Program-made: the position numbers and the translations under genes
IMG/VR virus record: IMGVR_UViG_2711768004_000002
Strand: one strand, 5' to 3'
Source of the DNA: a virus
Lineage: Duplodnaviria; Heunggongvirae; Uroviricota; Caudoviricetes
Length of the DNA stretch: 25,337 nucleotides
Shown here: positions 1 to 9,418 of the stretch, piece by piece
How positions within the stretch are numbered: position 1 is the stretch's first letter
Layout of the letters: each line of letters opens with the position of its first letter
The notes under the pieces: model-generated
Database searches by the model: none
Told to the model about the DNA's origin: nothing
The model's input: only the letters and a program-made list of their open reading frames with translations

Positions 1-35
1 GAACAGGAGGGACAGCTGATAGAAACAGAAGCCAC
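1..35 (-). CDS. insA: IS1 InsA, first 11 codons only (partial, runs off the window)
   Basis: Reverse complement of 1-35 reads GTG GCT TCT GTT TCT ATC AGC TGT CCC TCC TGT TC, i.e. (M)ASVSISCPSC, the InsA N-terminus with GTG start at 33-35. Too short for the ORF track. Confidence 0.6.
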   Translation of the reverse strand, partial: MASVSISCPSC

Positions 36-90
36 TGGAGCACCTCAAAAACACCATCATACACTAAATCAGTAAGTTGGCAGCATCACC
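1..90 (-). mobile_element. IS1 insertion sequence, terminal 90 bp (element continues beyond the left edge of the window)
   Basis: Positions 1-90 are the reverse complement of the IS1 left end as I recall it (GGTGATGCTGCCAACTTACTGATTTAGTGTATGATGGTGTTTTTGAGGTGCTCCAGTGGCTTCTGTTTCTATCAGCTGTCCCTCCTGTTC). The ~23-bp terminal inverted repeat is at 68-90. Sequence after 90 is unrelated AT-rich DNA. Confidence 0.85.
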
Positions 91-472
91 AGCCTTCTTG
101 AGGCTACCACCTGTTTTCAGGTGTCATTCAGACGTGATTTGCCCCAGATTGGGAAAGCACGCTTTTTTCTCAGCTATCGTCCTCTTATTTTGCCGTTACA
201 TTTCTTTTTGCATTCTAATGATTAATTTACAATAATAATATCGGTAATTATTGAGTAATAATAAATTAATTATTGCAAATGTAATTTAATTCCATCTTCG
301 CGTTATATTCCAATCTTTAATCTCCGCATGGAACAAGTTGCATGCGTGACTATATTAAGACGACTTATAACCACCAAAACATTTGCTTTGCAAGCAAAAA
401 CAGTGACCATTGACTCTAAGAAAATTCCGATCTATTGTTAGGGTCATCAAAGTTACTTAACAGTATTCCGAA

Positions 473-574
473 ATGAAAATACAAAGCAAGCTAATTGTCT
501 TATTAAACATTATTATTGCATTTATATTATTTGAGCTTTTAGCTCAAAAATTTGGTTTGAGTACATTATTTTAA
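473..574 (+). CDS. hypothetical small hydrophobic protein, 33 aa (MKIQSKLIVLLNIIIAFILFELLAQKFGLSTLF)
   Basis: ATG at 473 to TAA at 572-574, hand-translated. Predominantly hydrophobic, consistent with a single transmembrane helix. No convincing Shine-Dalgarno upstream, and AT-rich DNA yields such ORFs by chance, so this is speculative. Confidence 0.2.
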   Translation: MKIQSKLIVLLNIIIAFILFELLAQKFGLSTLF

Positions 575-723
575 AGCAAGATAAACAATATCGGGCACTC
601 TAGTTTTTATAATTAACAATTAAACGTCCATAAAATGTTATTTACTTTTCTTCGCTATTGTCATATCTTAATATAGTGGCTTACGCCACTCTACTTTCAT
701 CACATTTTGTACGTTTATGTACT

Positions 724-753
724 CGCCATGAAGCTCTTTCATGGCGATTTTTT
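724..753 (+). terminator. candidate rho-independent terminator, plus-strand orientation
   Basis: Inverted repeat CGCCATGAA(724-732) / TTCATGGCG(738-746) with a 5-nt loop, followed by the T-run ATTTTTTATT (747-756). The reverse-complement context is not U-rich, so it is directional. Confidence 0.5.
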
Positions 754-839
754 ATTCTTAATCCAAGAACATACTCCCTACCTATAGCAAAATCACTTTT
801 TTAACAAAAGAATAACGTATTTAGGTAATCATTACGAAT

Positions 840-1452
840 TTACCCTATAGGTGCTACTGGCCATTCAATATCCGGTGCAGTTGATGTATCAACACGGTTC
901 AGCAACACCCGATACTTTTTCCAAGCTTCCAGCAACAAGGTTTCTTTCTCCGTTGCGATCTCCAGATCCACAGCATCCTGAAGCGGCGCTATATGCTCAC
1001 TGGCTACCTGCATCAGGCTGTTTTTTGTTTCTTCCGCCTCCCGGATCCGGAACAGTTTTTCTGCTTCCGTATCCTTCACCCAGGCTGTGCCGTTCCACTT
1101 CTGAAACTCNNNNNNNNNNNNNNNNNNNNNNNNNNNNNNNNNNNNNNNNNNNNNNNNNNNNNNNNNNNNNNNNNNNNNNNNNNNNNNNNNNNNNNNNNNN
1201 NNNNNNNNNNNNNNNNNNNNNNNNNNNNNNNNNNNNNNNNNNNNNNNNNNNNNNNNNNNNNNNNNNNNNNNNNNNNNNNNNNNNNNNNNNNNNNNNNNNN
1301 NNNNNNNNNNNNNNNNNNNNNNNNNNNNNNNNNNNNNNNNNNNNNNNNNNNNNNNNNNNNNNNNNNNNNNNNNNNNNNNNNNNNNNNNNNNNNNNNNNNN
1401 NNNNNNNNNNNNNTTTTATGGTCCGTGCTTGTTCACTCATTCTGAATGCCAT
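840..1452 (-). CDS. tfa: tail fiber assembly protein Tfa (interior replaced by the N run at 1110-1413)
   Basis: N-terminal [13 protein letters not shown] (ORF 997-1452) and C-terminal [33 protein letters not shown]...[10 protein letters not shown] (ORF 840-1079) both match lambda Tfa as I recall it. The ATG overlaps the stf stop (TAATG). Frame continuity across the gap cannot be verified. Confidence 0.85.
1110..1413. other. run of N (assembly gap or masked sequence)
   Basis: 304 consecutive n characters in the sequence. Confidence 0.99.
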
Positions 1453-4400
1453 TATGCGAGCCTCACAATATAGTTAAATGCGATGTTTTTGACGGTGTTT
1501 TCCGCGTTACCAGCAGCGTTAACGGTGATGGTGTGTCCATGTGAACCAATCGCAACAGAGTGCGTATGAGCACCAATACCGACAGTATGCGCGTGTGCAC
1601 CCGCAGATGCTGCTGTGCCGGACAGTGAGTGTGTATGGTTTCCTTCTGAAGATGATTTACCTACCCATTGGGAGGTGCCACTGGTTAATGAGCCACTGAT
1701 ACCAACCTGATTAGTCCCGCTAACTTGAGTACTCCCTGCCGGAAACATTCCAGTAGGTTGACTCCCGCTATTCGTTCTGGGCCCAGTCTGACTATGTTGG
1801 TGGGCCCCAGCTGAACTTGTAGAGCCGCTCAGACTGTGCGTATGCGCCCCGGTGTTATTCGTGGATTTAGTGCCGTAATCAAACGACGATGTGGTTTTCG
1901 TCCCCAAATCCGTACTGGATGCGCTGGCGCTGTGGGTGTGCGATTTAATGCCATCCTGTTCCTGAGACAATACGGCACGACCACTGGCGGGCTTGCCCTT
2001 AATCGTCCAGCCACGCATATCAGGGATCACGCCTGACGGATAAGCGGCTGCAAGTTTCGGGTAAGCAGATTTGTCAAAAGTCTGCCCCTGCATCAGGGCA
2101 TAACCAGACGGAACGGTATCTGATGGCCACGGGATTGGTGCACCGACTGGATAAAACTCTGCAGGAGGATGAGCCGAGGTGTAAAGCTGCGCCCACGGCG
2201 ACCAGTTTGCGTCGGTCGTATCCCGTCGTGAACGAATAAATGCCGGAGCATGAGCACCGCTTGTACCACTCCAGCCGATGAGTAACTCACCTTCGCCAAC
2301 GGCTGTCATCCCTTTCAGGTGAATGATATTTCCATACGCTGTTGGATATCCGTTGTTATACACCTCGTATAACTCAAGACCTGCTGCCCCCTGCGTATTG
2401 TCTGTCAGCGCGGCTACCCGACCTTTTGAAGCCAGATTAACTGATGATACTGCTGTTCCACCTGACGGTAGCGCCCCGATCTCTGATGCCGTTGGCTTAT
2501 TTCTGGAGTTATAGTCCCTTCGCCAGCCAGGTGAATAATCTGTTCCGTGATTAATATAGGTAAACTGGGCGTTGGTTGTTCCGCCACCGCTGGATGTGGT
2601 CGGAGTGGTAATGCGGATCGTCATCGCTGACTTTATCCCCATTACTTCAATGACAGCTCCGGCGAGATGAATATTACCGCAGCCAGTATCAGTAATGATT
2701 TTATTATTGCCATAAGACCAGGAACCCTTGCACATCCAGTATGGATGGTTAAATGCTCCCTGAGAATCCAGCCACTCGATAAACTGTGCAGTCGTCCAGT
2801 TTCCTGTTGTTGTGCTTACTGACCCACCGAAGGCACGGCAGGCACCAATATTTTTCGTAAAGGTGTCTTTGCCAGGGATATCCGCACCGTTCTGATCTTT
2901 CTGCAGACGTTTCTCAGCATTGTCATTGGCTGCTTTTACTGCCTTTGGCGTTGCCGCCAGCGTTTCAGACGTGCTGTTGGTCGCGCTGCTTAGCTGGATT
3001 ATCCCTTTCTGTGCTGTCGTTGCATCCTGTGCGGTGTATTTCCCGTTAGCCAGGTCATACGCGGCCTTAACGGCTTTTGGTGTTGCCGCCAGTGACTCGG
3101 AAGTGCTGTTAGTCGCACTACTGAGCTGTACTATCCCCTTTTTCGTCGTGCTCGCATCCTCAAGCGCCACGGCGGATGCAATATCCTCTGCCCGTTTTGC
3201 CGCTGTCTCAGCGCGCGTTGCTGCAGATTCCGCCGTACTTTTGCTCTGAGCTGCTGCCGTCGCACTACCAGCAGCCTCTGTCGCCTTCGTGGATGCCGTC
3301 GTGGCGCTGCCCTTCGCTGCTGACGCCTGTCTGGTCGCCTCATCTTTTGAAGCAGACGCCGATGATGCCGATGACGCCGCCGAACTGGCGGACGATGCGG
3401 CAGCCGTTTTTGAGGATTCTGCACGGGTTTCCGACGCTTTCGCGTTCGTTTCGGATGTCTTCGCTGCGGAAGCTGACCTCGCTGCTGCCGTGGCCTGCTC
3501 AGTGGCTTCGCCAGCCTTCGTTGTGGCTGTTGAAGCGGATGATGCGGCGCTTTCTGCCGATTTTCCGGCGGCGGTGGCACTGGCTGAGGCCTGCCCGGCA
3601 CTTGTTGACGCGGCGCTGGCAGACGACGCAGCCGCTGTTTTTGAGCCTGCCGCAGCTGAGGCACTCTGTCCCGCTGCCGTTTCAGAAGACCTGGCGTTCG
3701 TCTCGGACGTTTTGGCCGCCTTCGCAGAATTTGCAGCCGCCGTCGCCGAGGAAGCTGCGCTACTGGCGCTTGATGATGCGTTCGTTTCTGATGATTTTGC
3801 CGCCTCTTTTGAAGCCGACGCATCCCGGGCTGAGGTGGCAGCTTCTGACGCTTTCGTGGTCGCGGTGGATGCAGAAGTGGCTGCTGATTGTTGTGACGCT
3901 GCCGCATTCGTTTCTAACGTTTTCGCCGCACCGGCACTGGTAGCCGCCGCGCTTTTTGAGGACTCTGCAGCGGCAGCACTTTTTGAGGCTTCAGTGGCCT
4001 TTGTTGATGCCGTTCCTGCGCTGGAAGACGCTGACTGAGCCGACGAAGCGGCCTGTCCGGCTGACGTGCTGGCTGCACGTGCTGAATCTGCAGCATCAGT
4101 CGCATGGGTTGCCGCCTCACGGGCTGATGTGCTGGCATCGCTGGCTGATTTCTTCGCGGCTGCCGTGTTCTGTGCCACCGCGGACGCGTTACGCGCCACC
4201 TCTTCCACCATCAGCTCAAAACGGCGCAGTGCCTCCGGACGGGCATCATCCTCCGTCATGGCACCGAGAAAATCATTCAGCGTACCGGGTCGGGAATCTT
4301 CATACACGGTGATGGTCCCGGCATGTGACGGCGGGAATCCTTCCACCAACAGAATAACGCTGTACTGACCGTACTCAACGTCCATGCTGTAACGCCCGGC

Positions 4401-4535
4401 TTCATCCGGATTTTCTGAGGCCAGCGTGTTCACCACCACCGTGGTGCTGTTACGTTTTGCTTTCAGCTGGATTGTGCAGTTCTGTACCGGTTTTCCTGTG
4501 CCGTCTTTCAGTACACCTGAAATCTTTACTGCCAT
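1452..4535 (-). CDS. stf: side tail fiber protein Stf (about 1027 aa, mosaic)
   Basis: ORF 1452-4541; start taken at the third codon ([29 protein letters not shown]) as in lambda Stf. The C-terminal block ([15 protein letters not shown]...HTHS...[28 protein letters not shown]) also matches lambda Stf. The centre is Ala/Ser/Thr-rich low complexity plus a tandemly duplicated fibre-repeat motif. Confidence 0.9.
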   Translation of the reverse strand: MAVKISGVLKDGTGKPVQNCTIQLKAKRNSTTVVVNTLASENPDEAGRYSMDVEYGQYSVILLVEGFPPSHAGTITVYEDSRPGTLNDFLGAMTEDDARPEALRRFELMVEEVARNASAVAQNTAAAKKSASDASTSAREAATHATDAADSARAASTSAGQAASSAQSASSSAGTASTKATEASKSAAAAESSKSAAATSAGAAKTLETNAAASQQSAATSASTATTKASEAATSARDASASKEAAKSSETNASSSASSAASSATAAANSAKAAKTSETNARSSETAAGQSASAAAGSKTAAASSASAASTSAGQASASATAAGKSAESAASSASTATTKAGEATEQATAAARSASAAKTSETNAKASETRAESSKTAAASSASSAASSASSASASKDEATRQASAAKGSATTASTKATEAAGSATAAAQSKSTAESAATRAETAAKRAEDIASAVALEDASTTKKGIVQLSSATNSTSESLAATPKAVKAAYDLANGKYTAQDATTAQKGIIQLSSATNSTSETLAATPKAVKAANDNAEKRLQKDQNGADIPGKDTFTKNIGACRAFGGSVSTTTGNWTTAQFIEWLDSQGAFNHPYWMCKGSWSYGNNKIITDTGCGNIHLAGAVIEVMGIKSAMTIRITTPTTSSGGGTTNAQFTYINHGTDYSPGWRRDYNSRNKPTASEIGALPSGGTAVSSVNLASKGRVAALTDNTQGAAGLELYEVYNNGYPTAYGNIIHLKGMTAVGEGELLIGWSGTSGAHAPAFIRSRRDTTDANWSPWAQLYTSAHPPAEFYPVGAPIPWPSDTVPSGYALMQGQTFDKSAYPKLAAAYPSGVIPDMRGWTIKGKPASGRAVLSQEQDGIKSHTHSASASSTDLGTKTTSSFDYGTKSTNNTGAHTHSLSGSTSSAGAHQHSQTGPRTNSGSQPTGMFPAGSTQVSGTNQVGISGSLTSGTSQWVGKSSSEGNHTHSLSGTAASAGAHAHTVGIGAHTHSVAIGSHGHTITVNAAGNAENTVKNIAFNYIVRLA

Positions 4536-4547
4536 ATTCACCCCACA

Positions 4548-4575
4548 AAAAAGCCCGCCTGAACCGGCGGGCTGT
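4548..4575 (-). terminator. rho-independent terminator between lom and stf
   Basis: On the minus strand: AGCCCGCC-GGTTCA-GGCGGGCT followed by TTTTTTG (8-bp GC-rich stem, 6-nt loop, U-run). It lies just upstream of the stf ribosome-binding site. Confidence 0.55.
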
Positions 4576-4599
4576 CATAACACTGTGTTACCTGGCTAA

Positions 4600-5116
4600 T
4601 CAGAATTTATAACCGACACCCACGATGAAACCGTCAGTGCGCCAGAGACGTGTTGCTGTGGCGACCGTCATCACTTCCGGTCAGCACATCGTGCGTTTTC
4701 CCCTTATTGTCAGTTACGCGGATATAATCCCCGGAAAAAGTCGACACACGGCTGTAAGCCACACCCGCCATCGCATACGCGCTGAACCATTCATTCACGC
4801 GCACAGACGGCCCCGCCATCACGCTGAACCAGCGGTTACGCACGGAATCTTCATGCCAGCGGGTATCGCTGTAACGGGTCAGCTGGCGATTCTTGTCTCC
4901 TGCATAGCTGAATGACGTCACCAGCCCCAGCGTATCCGTAAACTCATAACGGTATTTCACGTTAATCCCGTTCAGATCATCACTGCCGGGAACGTTGGTC
5001 CGGGCATGAAGATACCCCGCGCTCAGCGTGGACTGATGTTCAGACGCCCATGCAGGCGCACCGGATACGGCCAGGCAAATGGCTGCGGACAAAATGGCTG
5101 CACAAACTTTACGCAT
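4600..5116 (-). pseudogene. lom: lom-family (PagC/Ail/OmpX-type) outer membrane protein gene, frameshifted
   Basis: ORF 4634-5116 (160 aa, MRKVCAAILSAAICLAVSGAPAWA signal-like N-terminus) stops after ...SNTSLAH. The conserved Lom C-terminus WRTDGFIVGVGYKF followed by a stop (4600-4602) is present immediately downstream in a different frame. 4600-5116 is 517 nt, not a multiple of 3. Confidence 0.6.
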
Positions 5117-5186
5117 AATTACCTCTCGCTTTTCTGCAATAAAAAAGGCGTCATTCCTGACGCCATTTATTGGGGTTATAAATATT

Positions 5187-8100
5187 TCAACGAATACTGA
5201 TGCCGGAAGCCGCTTTTTTGGTCACAATCACCGTACAGTCGGTGATATTGCCTGCCCCCTGATTGCCTTTCTGGAAAATCTTAAACTCCAGAGTGACGCT
5301 ACCACCACCACTAGGCATATCAATAACTGCACTGTAACTACCGGGAATGGCCCCTTTAGTTTCTCTGGATGCGATTAATACGCCGTTTTTGCGAACTTCA
5401 AAACCATAACCCGTGTATCGCGTGCCTCCTGGGTTATTTCCGCTCCCCGGATCGTCATACGCTATACCGTTAAAAATAATGGGCGGAATAATAATCTGGC
5501 GGTCAAAGTTATGATCATCGCTTATGGTGACTGTAACCGTCCCGTTTGGTGTTTCCGTGTTACCCCACGTACCAGCCTGTTTCGGAAATGATTTGGATAC
5601 AGCTTTAACGAAGTCACCTCTGACCTGAGTCGCCTCCAGCATGCCCTTAATCGTACAGTTTTCATTTACCGTGACATTGTTGAGCGTCCCGGCGTTCGCA
5701 TTCACACTGCCACTGATATCCGCATTTTTAGCGGTCAGCTTTCCGTCCGGAGTCAGGGAAAATGCCGATGGATTTCCACCGCTGGTAATGGTGGGGGCCG
5801 TCAGGCGTTTCAGGAACACGTCGTTCATGAATATCTGATCGCCCTGACCAACAAACATCGGTTTTGTGTTGCCATTCGCAGGATTAACCATCGCAATCCT
5901 GTCCGCCGCCAGCAGCACCTGACTCTGCATGCCGTCAGGGGTGTTCTCAATACCGGCACCAATACCCGCGATATAAAGGCGTCCGTCCTGCATCTGCTGC
6001 AGCTTCACAGCCCACATGCTGTTCAGGTTATTATTTGTATCAACCTGAACCTTCTGTATCTGCTGAATTGCCGCACTCTGGTCTTCCAGTTTCTTATTGA
6101 CGGTCTGCGTGATTTCATTGCTGACATCCGTAATGGACGTCCTGATTTCAGCCAGGTCAGGCGCAAGCTGACCGTTATCAATCTGCGTCCACAGCTCCTG
6201 AGCCAGATGGGTTTTCCCTATCTCGCCTTTGAAAAAATCCAGATAACCGGATGCATCATCACTCGGCTGACCAACAGCCTCCACGAATGCCGATTTGCCA
6301 ACGGTGTTCACACTGCGGATATAAAAGTAATAATCATGGCCCGGTTTGATATTGATACTGGCGGCTATCCAGTACAGCGCCGTGCCAAGATAGCGTGCTG
6401 TGGTTTCAACCTGCCTGATATCCGCAATCCGCTTTTCCGAGAACCAGAACTCAAACTGTACCGTCGGATCATAAACCGCAAGATGCGGCGTGGCGGTTAT
6501 CTGAAAATAGCCCGGCGTCAGCTCAATCCGCGACAGCGCTGCCGGTGCGGCAATCCGGAACGATACCGACGCCGGATCGCCCTGCTGCCCCCACGCATTT
6601 ACTGCCCGGACTGTCAGCCTGTAGTTCCCCAGCGCCAGTTGTGTGAAGCGGTAAGTGGTTTCCGTCGTCCGGGCCGTGCTGACCAGCCGCTCACTGCCGT
6701 CATCCGCTGTTACGGTCAGACGGAGCAGGAAGCTCACGCCCTTCACCACCTTCGGCGTGTCCCAGCGCGCCAGCACCTGATATTCCCCGCTGTCTGCGGT
6801 GACTTCGGCAGTCAGGTGCTGCACCGCTGGCGGCGTGACACCATTCACCGTGCCGCTCTGGTCGCCGTCAAAGTGCGCCCCGTTATCCACGATGGCTTCT
6901 TTTTCCGGCACATGCTGCACGGCGGTGATGGCATACGTGCCGTCGTCGTTCTCACGGATACTCACGCAGCGGAACAATCGCTGGTGCAGCGTCGGCAGCT
7001 TCAGCCCCCACACGCTGTATTCAGCAACACCGTCAGGAACACGGCTCACTTTTACCTTCACGCCGTCGGTGACGGACTGGACCTCCACGCTGACCGGATT
7101 CCCCTGCCCGTCAACCAGGCTTATCAGCGTGGTGCCGGAGGATGGCAGCGTGATTTCACGGTCGAGCGTCAGCGTCCGGGTCTGGCTGTTCACCGCCAGC
7201 ACGCGCCCGCCGGTGCGGATACCGGCATAGTCATCATCGCAGATTTCAATGACATCGCCCGGTACATGACGAAGCCCTTCAGCACCCACGCTGAAATCCA
7301 CGGTCTGCGTCTCCAGCAGTTCCGTTTTAATCAGCCACAGCCCGGCGCGGTGTGCCTGCCCCCGGCTGGTACAGCCAAAGGCATCCATCTTCGTGACGTT
7401 ACGACCGTAACGGACAATGGCCTGCGTATCCTCCACAAGCTCTGTCGCCGTCTCCCAGCCGTTATCCGGGTCAATCCAGTTCACCTCAACGGCATTATGG
7501 CGGTCTTTCAGGGCGCTGAAACTGTAGCGGAACGGCGCGCCATCATCCGGCATCACCACATTACTGCGGTTATAGGCCCACACCTTATCCGACTGTCGGT
7601 CCTGCACGAACGTCAGCGTCTGCCCGTTCCATACCGGCATACAGCGCATCGCCGAGCAGAAATCACTGAGCACATCCCACGCCTTGCGCTGTGTGGTCAG
7701 CCAGGCATTACAGGTGATGCGCGGCTCCGTGCTGCCAAAGCCGTCCGGCACCGACTGGTCACAGTACTGGCCGATGACATACAGCGCCCATTTATCCACA
7801 TCTGCCGCACCAAGACGTTTCCCCATGCCATAGCGCGGATGGGTCAGCATATCCCACAGACACCAGGCCATGTTGTTGCTGTATGCCGGTTTTAACGTTC
7901 CGTCCCAGATACCGCTGTATTGCCGCGTCTGCGGATTATAGTTCGACGGCACCTGCAGAATGCGCCCGCGAAGATGATAATTACGGCTCACCTGCTGGCT
8001 GCCGAACTGCTCCGAATCCACCTGTACGCCGACCAGTGCCGTGTTCGGGTAGCACTGTTTCACATCGATGATTTCGGTGTATGACGACCAGAGCGTTTTG

Positions 8101-8686
8101 TTCTGCAGCTGGTCTGTGGTGCTGTCCGGCGTCATTCTGCGCATCCGGATANNNNNNNNNNNNNNNNNNNNNNNNNNNNNNNNNNNNNNNNNNNNNNNNN
8201 NNNNNNNNNNNNNNNNNNNNNNNNNNNNNNNNNNNNNNNNNNNNNNNNNNNNNNNNNNNNNNNNNNNNNNNNNNNNNNNNNNNNNNNNNNNNNNNNNNNN
8301 NNNNNNNNNNNNNNNNNNNNNNNNNNNNNNNNNNNNNNNNNNNNNNNNNNNNNNNNNNNNNNNNNNNNNNNNNNNNNNNNNNNNNNNNNNNNNNNNNNNN
8401 NTTTCACTTCCGTACCCAGCACCGTCTCGGAGCCGGAGGATTCAAATCCCTCCGGCGGTGACTGCTCCTGCTCACCTGCCCGGAACACCACCGTGACGCC
8501 GGAGATGTTGGTATTCCCCTCACTGTCCAGCACCGGCGTACTGTTCAGCAGCACGCTTTTTAATCCATCCACCGGACCTTCAACCGGCCCTTCGCTGATG
8601 GCATCGATCACACTCAGCAGCTGCGTGGACTTCAGGTTGTCCTTCGCTTCGCGCGGGGTATGCCCCTTACTGCTGCCTTTACCCAT
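5187..8686 (-). CDS. J: tail tip / host specificity protein J (central tail fibre); spans the N run at 8152-8401
   Basis: N-terminal ORF 8132-8686 ([34 protein letters not shown]...) and the 985-aa ORF 5187-8144 both match lambda J as I recall it over most of their length. The last few hundred residues differ from lambda. Total length and frame across the gap are unverifiable. Confidence 0.9.
8152..8401. other. run of N (assembly gap or masked sequence)
   Basis: 250 consecutive n characters in the sequence. Confidence 0.99.
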
Positions 8687-8746
8687 TCGTCATGCTCCAT
8701 AAACGATAAAACCGCCCGGAGGCGATTTCACATAAAACATTTTGCA

Positions 8747-9418
8747 TCAGCGACCAATCACCACAACCTGACCACCGTCCCCTTCGTCTGCCGTGCTGAT
8801 CTCCTGAGATACCACACGTGACCCCACGCGCATTTCACCATACAGAACAGGCATAACATTGCCCTGGGCAACCATGTTATCCAGTGAGGAGAAATAGGTG
8901 TTCTGCTTACCGTTATCCGTTGTCTGTGTGCGGGGAGTTCTGGCTTTCGGTGCCAGCATCTGAGCCACACCGCCGAGCACCATACTGGCACCGAGAGAAA
9001 ACAGAATGCCGGTCATACCACCGGCACCAATGGCAGCCCCCCATGCTGCAAGGGTGGCTCCGGCGGTAAAGAATGATCCGGCAATGGCGGCTGCTCCCAG
9101 GACAATCTGGAATACACCACCTGACTTGGCCCCGGCGACTCTGGGAACAATATGAATCACAGCGCCGTCAGGCAGAGCCTCATGTAACTGTGCCGTTAAT
9201 CCGGACGTGCTAACATCCTGCCCGGCAATACGCACCTGATACCAGCCGTCGCTCAGCTTCTGACGAAACGCAGGGAGCTGTGTGGCCATCGCCCGGATGG
9301 CTTCGGCACCCGTTTTCACACGAAGGTCGATGCGGCGGCCAAATCGTTGCAAATCCCCGTAAAGGCAGATGCGTGCCATGCCCGGTGACGCCAGAGGGAG
9401 TGTGTGCGTCGCTGCCAT
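8747..9418 (-). CDS. I: tail tip assembly protein I
   Basis: 223-aa ORF matching lambda I in length and position. Overlaps the 3' end of K by 103 nt, as in lambda. Confidence 0.9.
   Translation of the reverse strand: MAATHTLPLASPGMARICLYGDLQRFGRRIDLRVKTGAEAIRAMATQLPAFRQKLSDGWYQVRIAGQDVSTSGLTAQLHEALPDGAVIHIVPRVAGAKSGGVFQIVLGAAAIAGSFFTAGATLAAWGAAIGAGGMTGILFSLGASMVLGGVAQMLAPKARTPRTQTTDNGKQNTYFSSLDNMVAQGNVMPVLYGEMRVGSRVVSQEISTADEGDGGQVVVIGR

Noticed and set aside
273-309. TTGCAA ... TATATT promoter-like hexamers in the AT-rich segment
   Set aside because: The spacing is about 25 nt, far from the 17-nt optimum. Such hexamers are frequent by chance in AT-rich DNA.
328-441. 37-aa plus-strand ORF (MEQVACVTILRRLITTKTFALQAKTVTIDSKKIPIYC)
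   Set aside because: No ribosome-binding site, no distinctive features, and it is in AT-rich DNA where short ORFs arise by chance.
2920-4038. Several ORFs in other frames (2920-3249 +, 3176-3943 +, 3289-4038 +, 3131-3907 -)
   Set aside because: All lie inside the Ala/Ser-rich repetitive part of stf. Repetitive GC-rich sequence stays open in many frames, and their translations are low-complexity (poly-Ala/Asp or poly-Arg/Gln).
6207-7895. 562-aa plus-strand ORF
   Set aside because: It is antisense to the strongly supported J gene, Arg/His/Pro-rich with the composition of a GC-rich antisense frame, and has no independent homology or start context.
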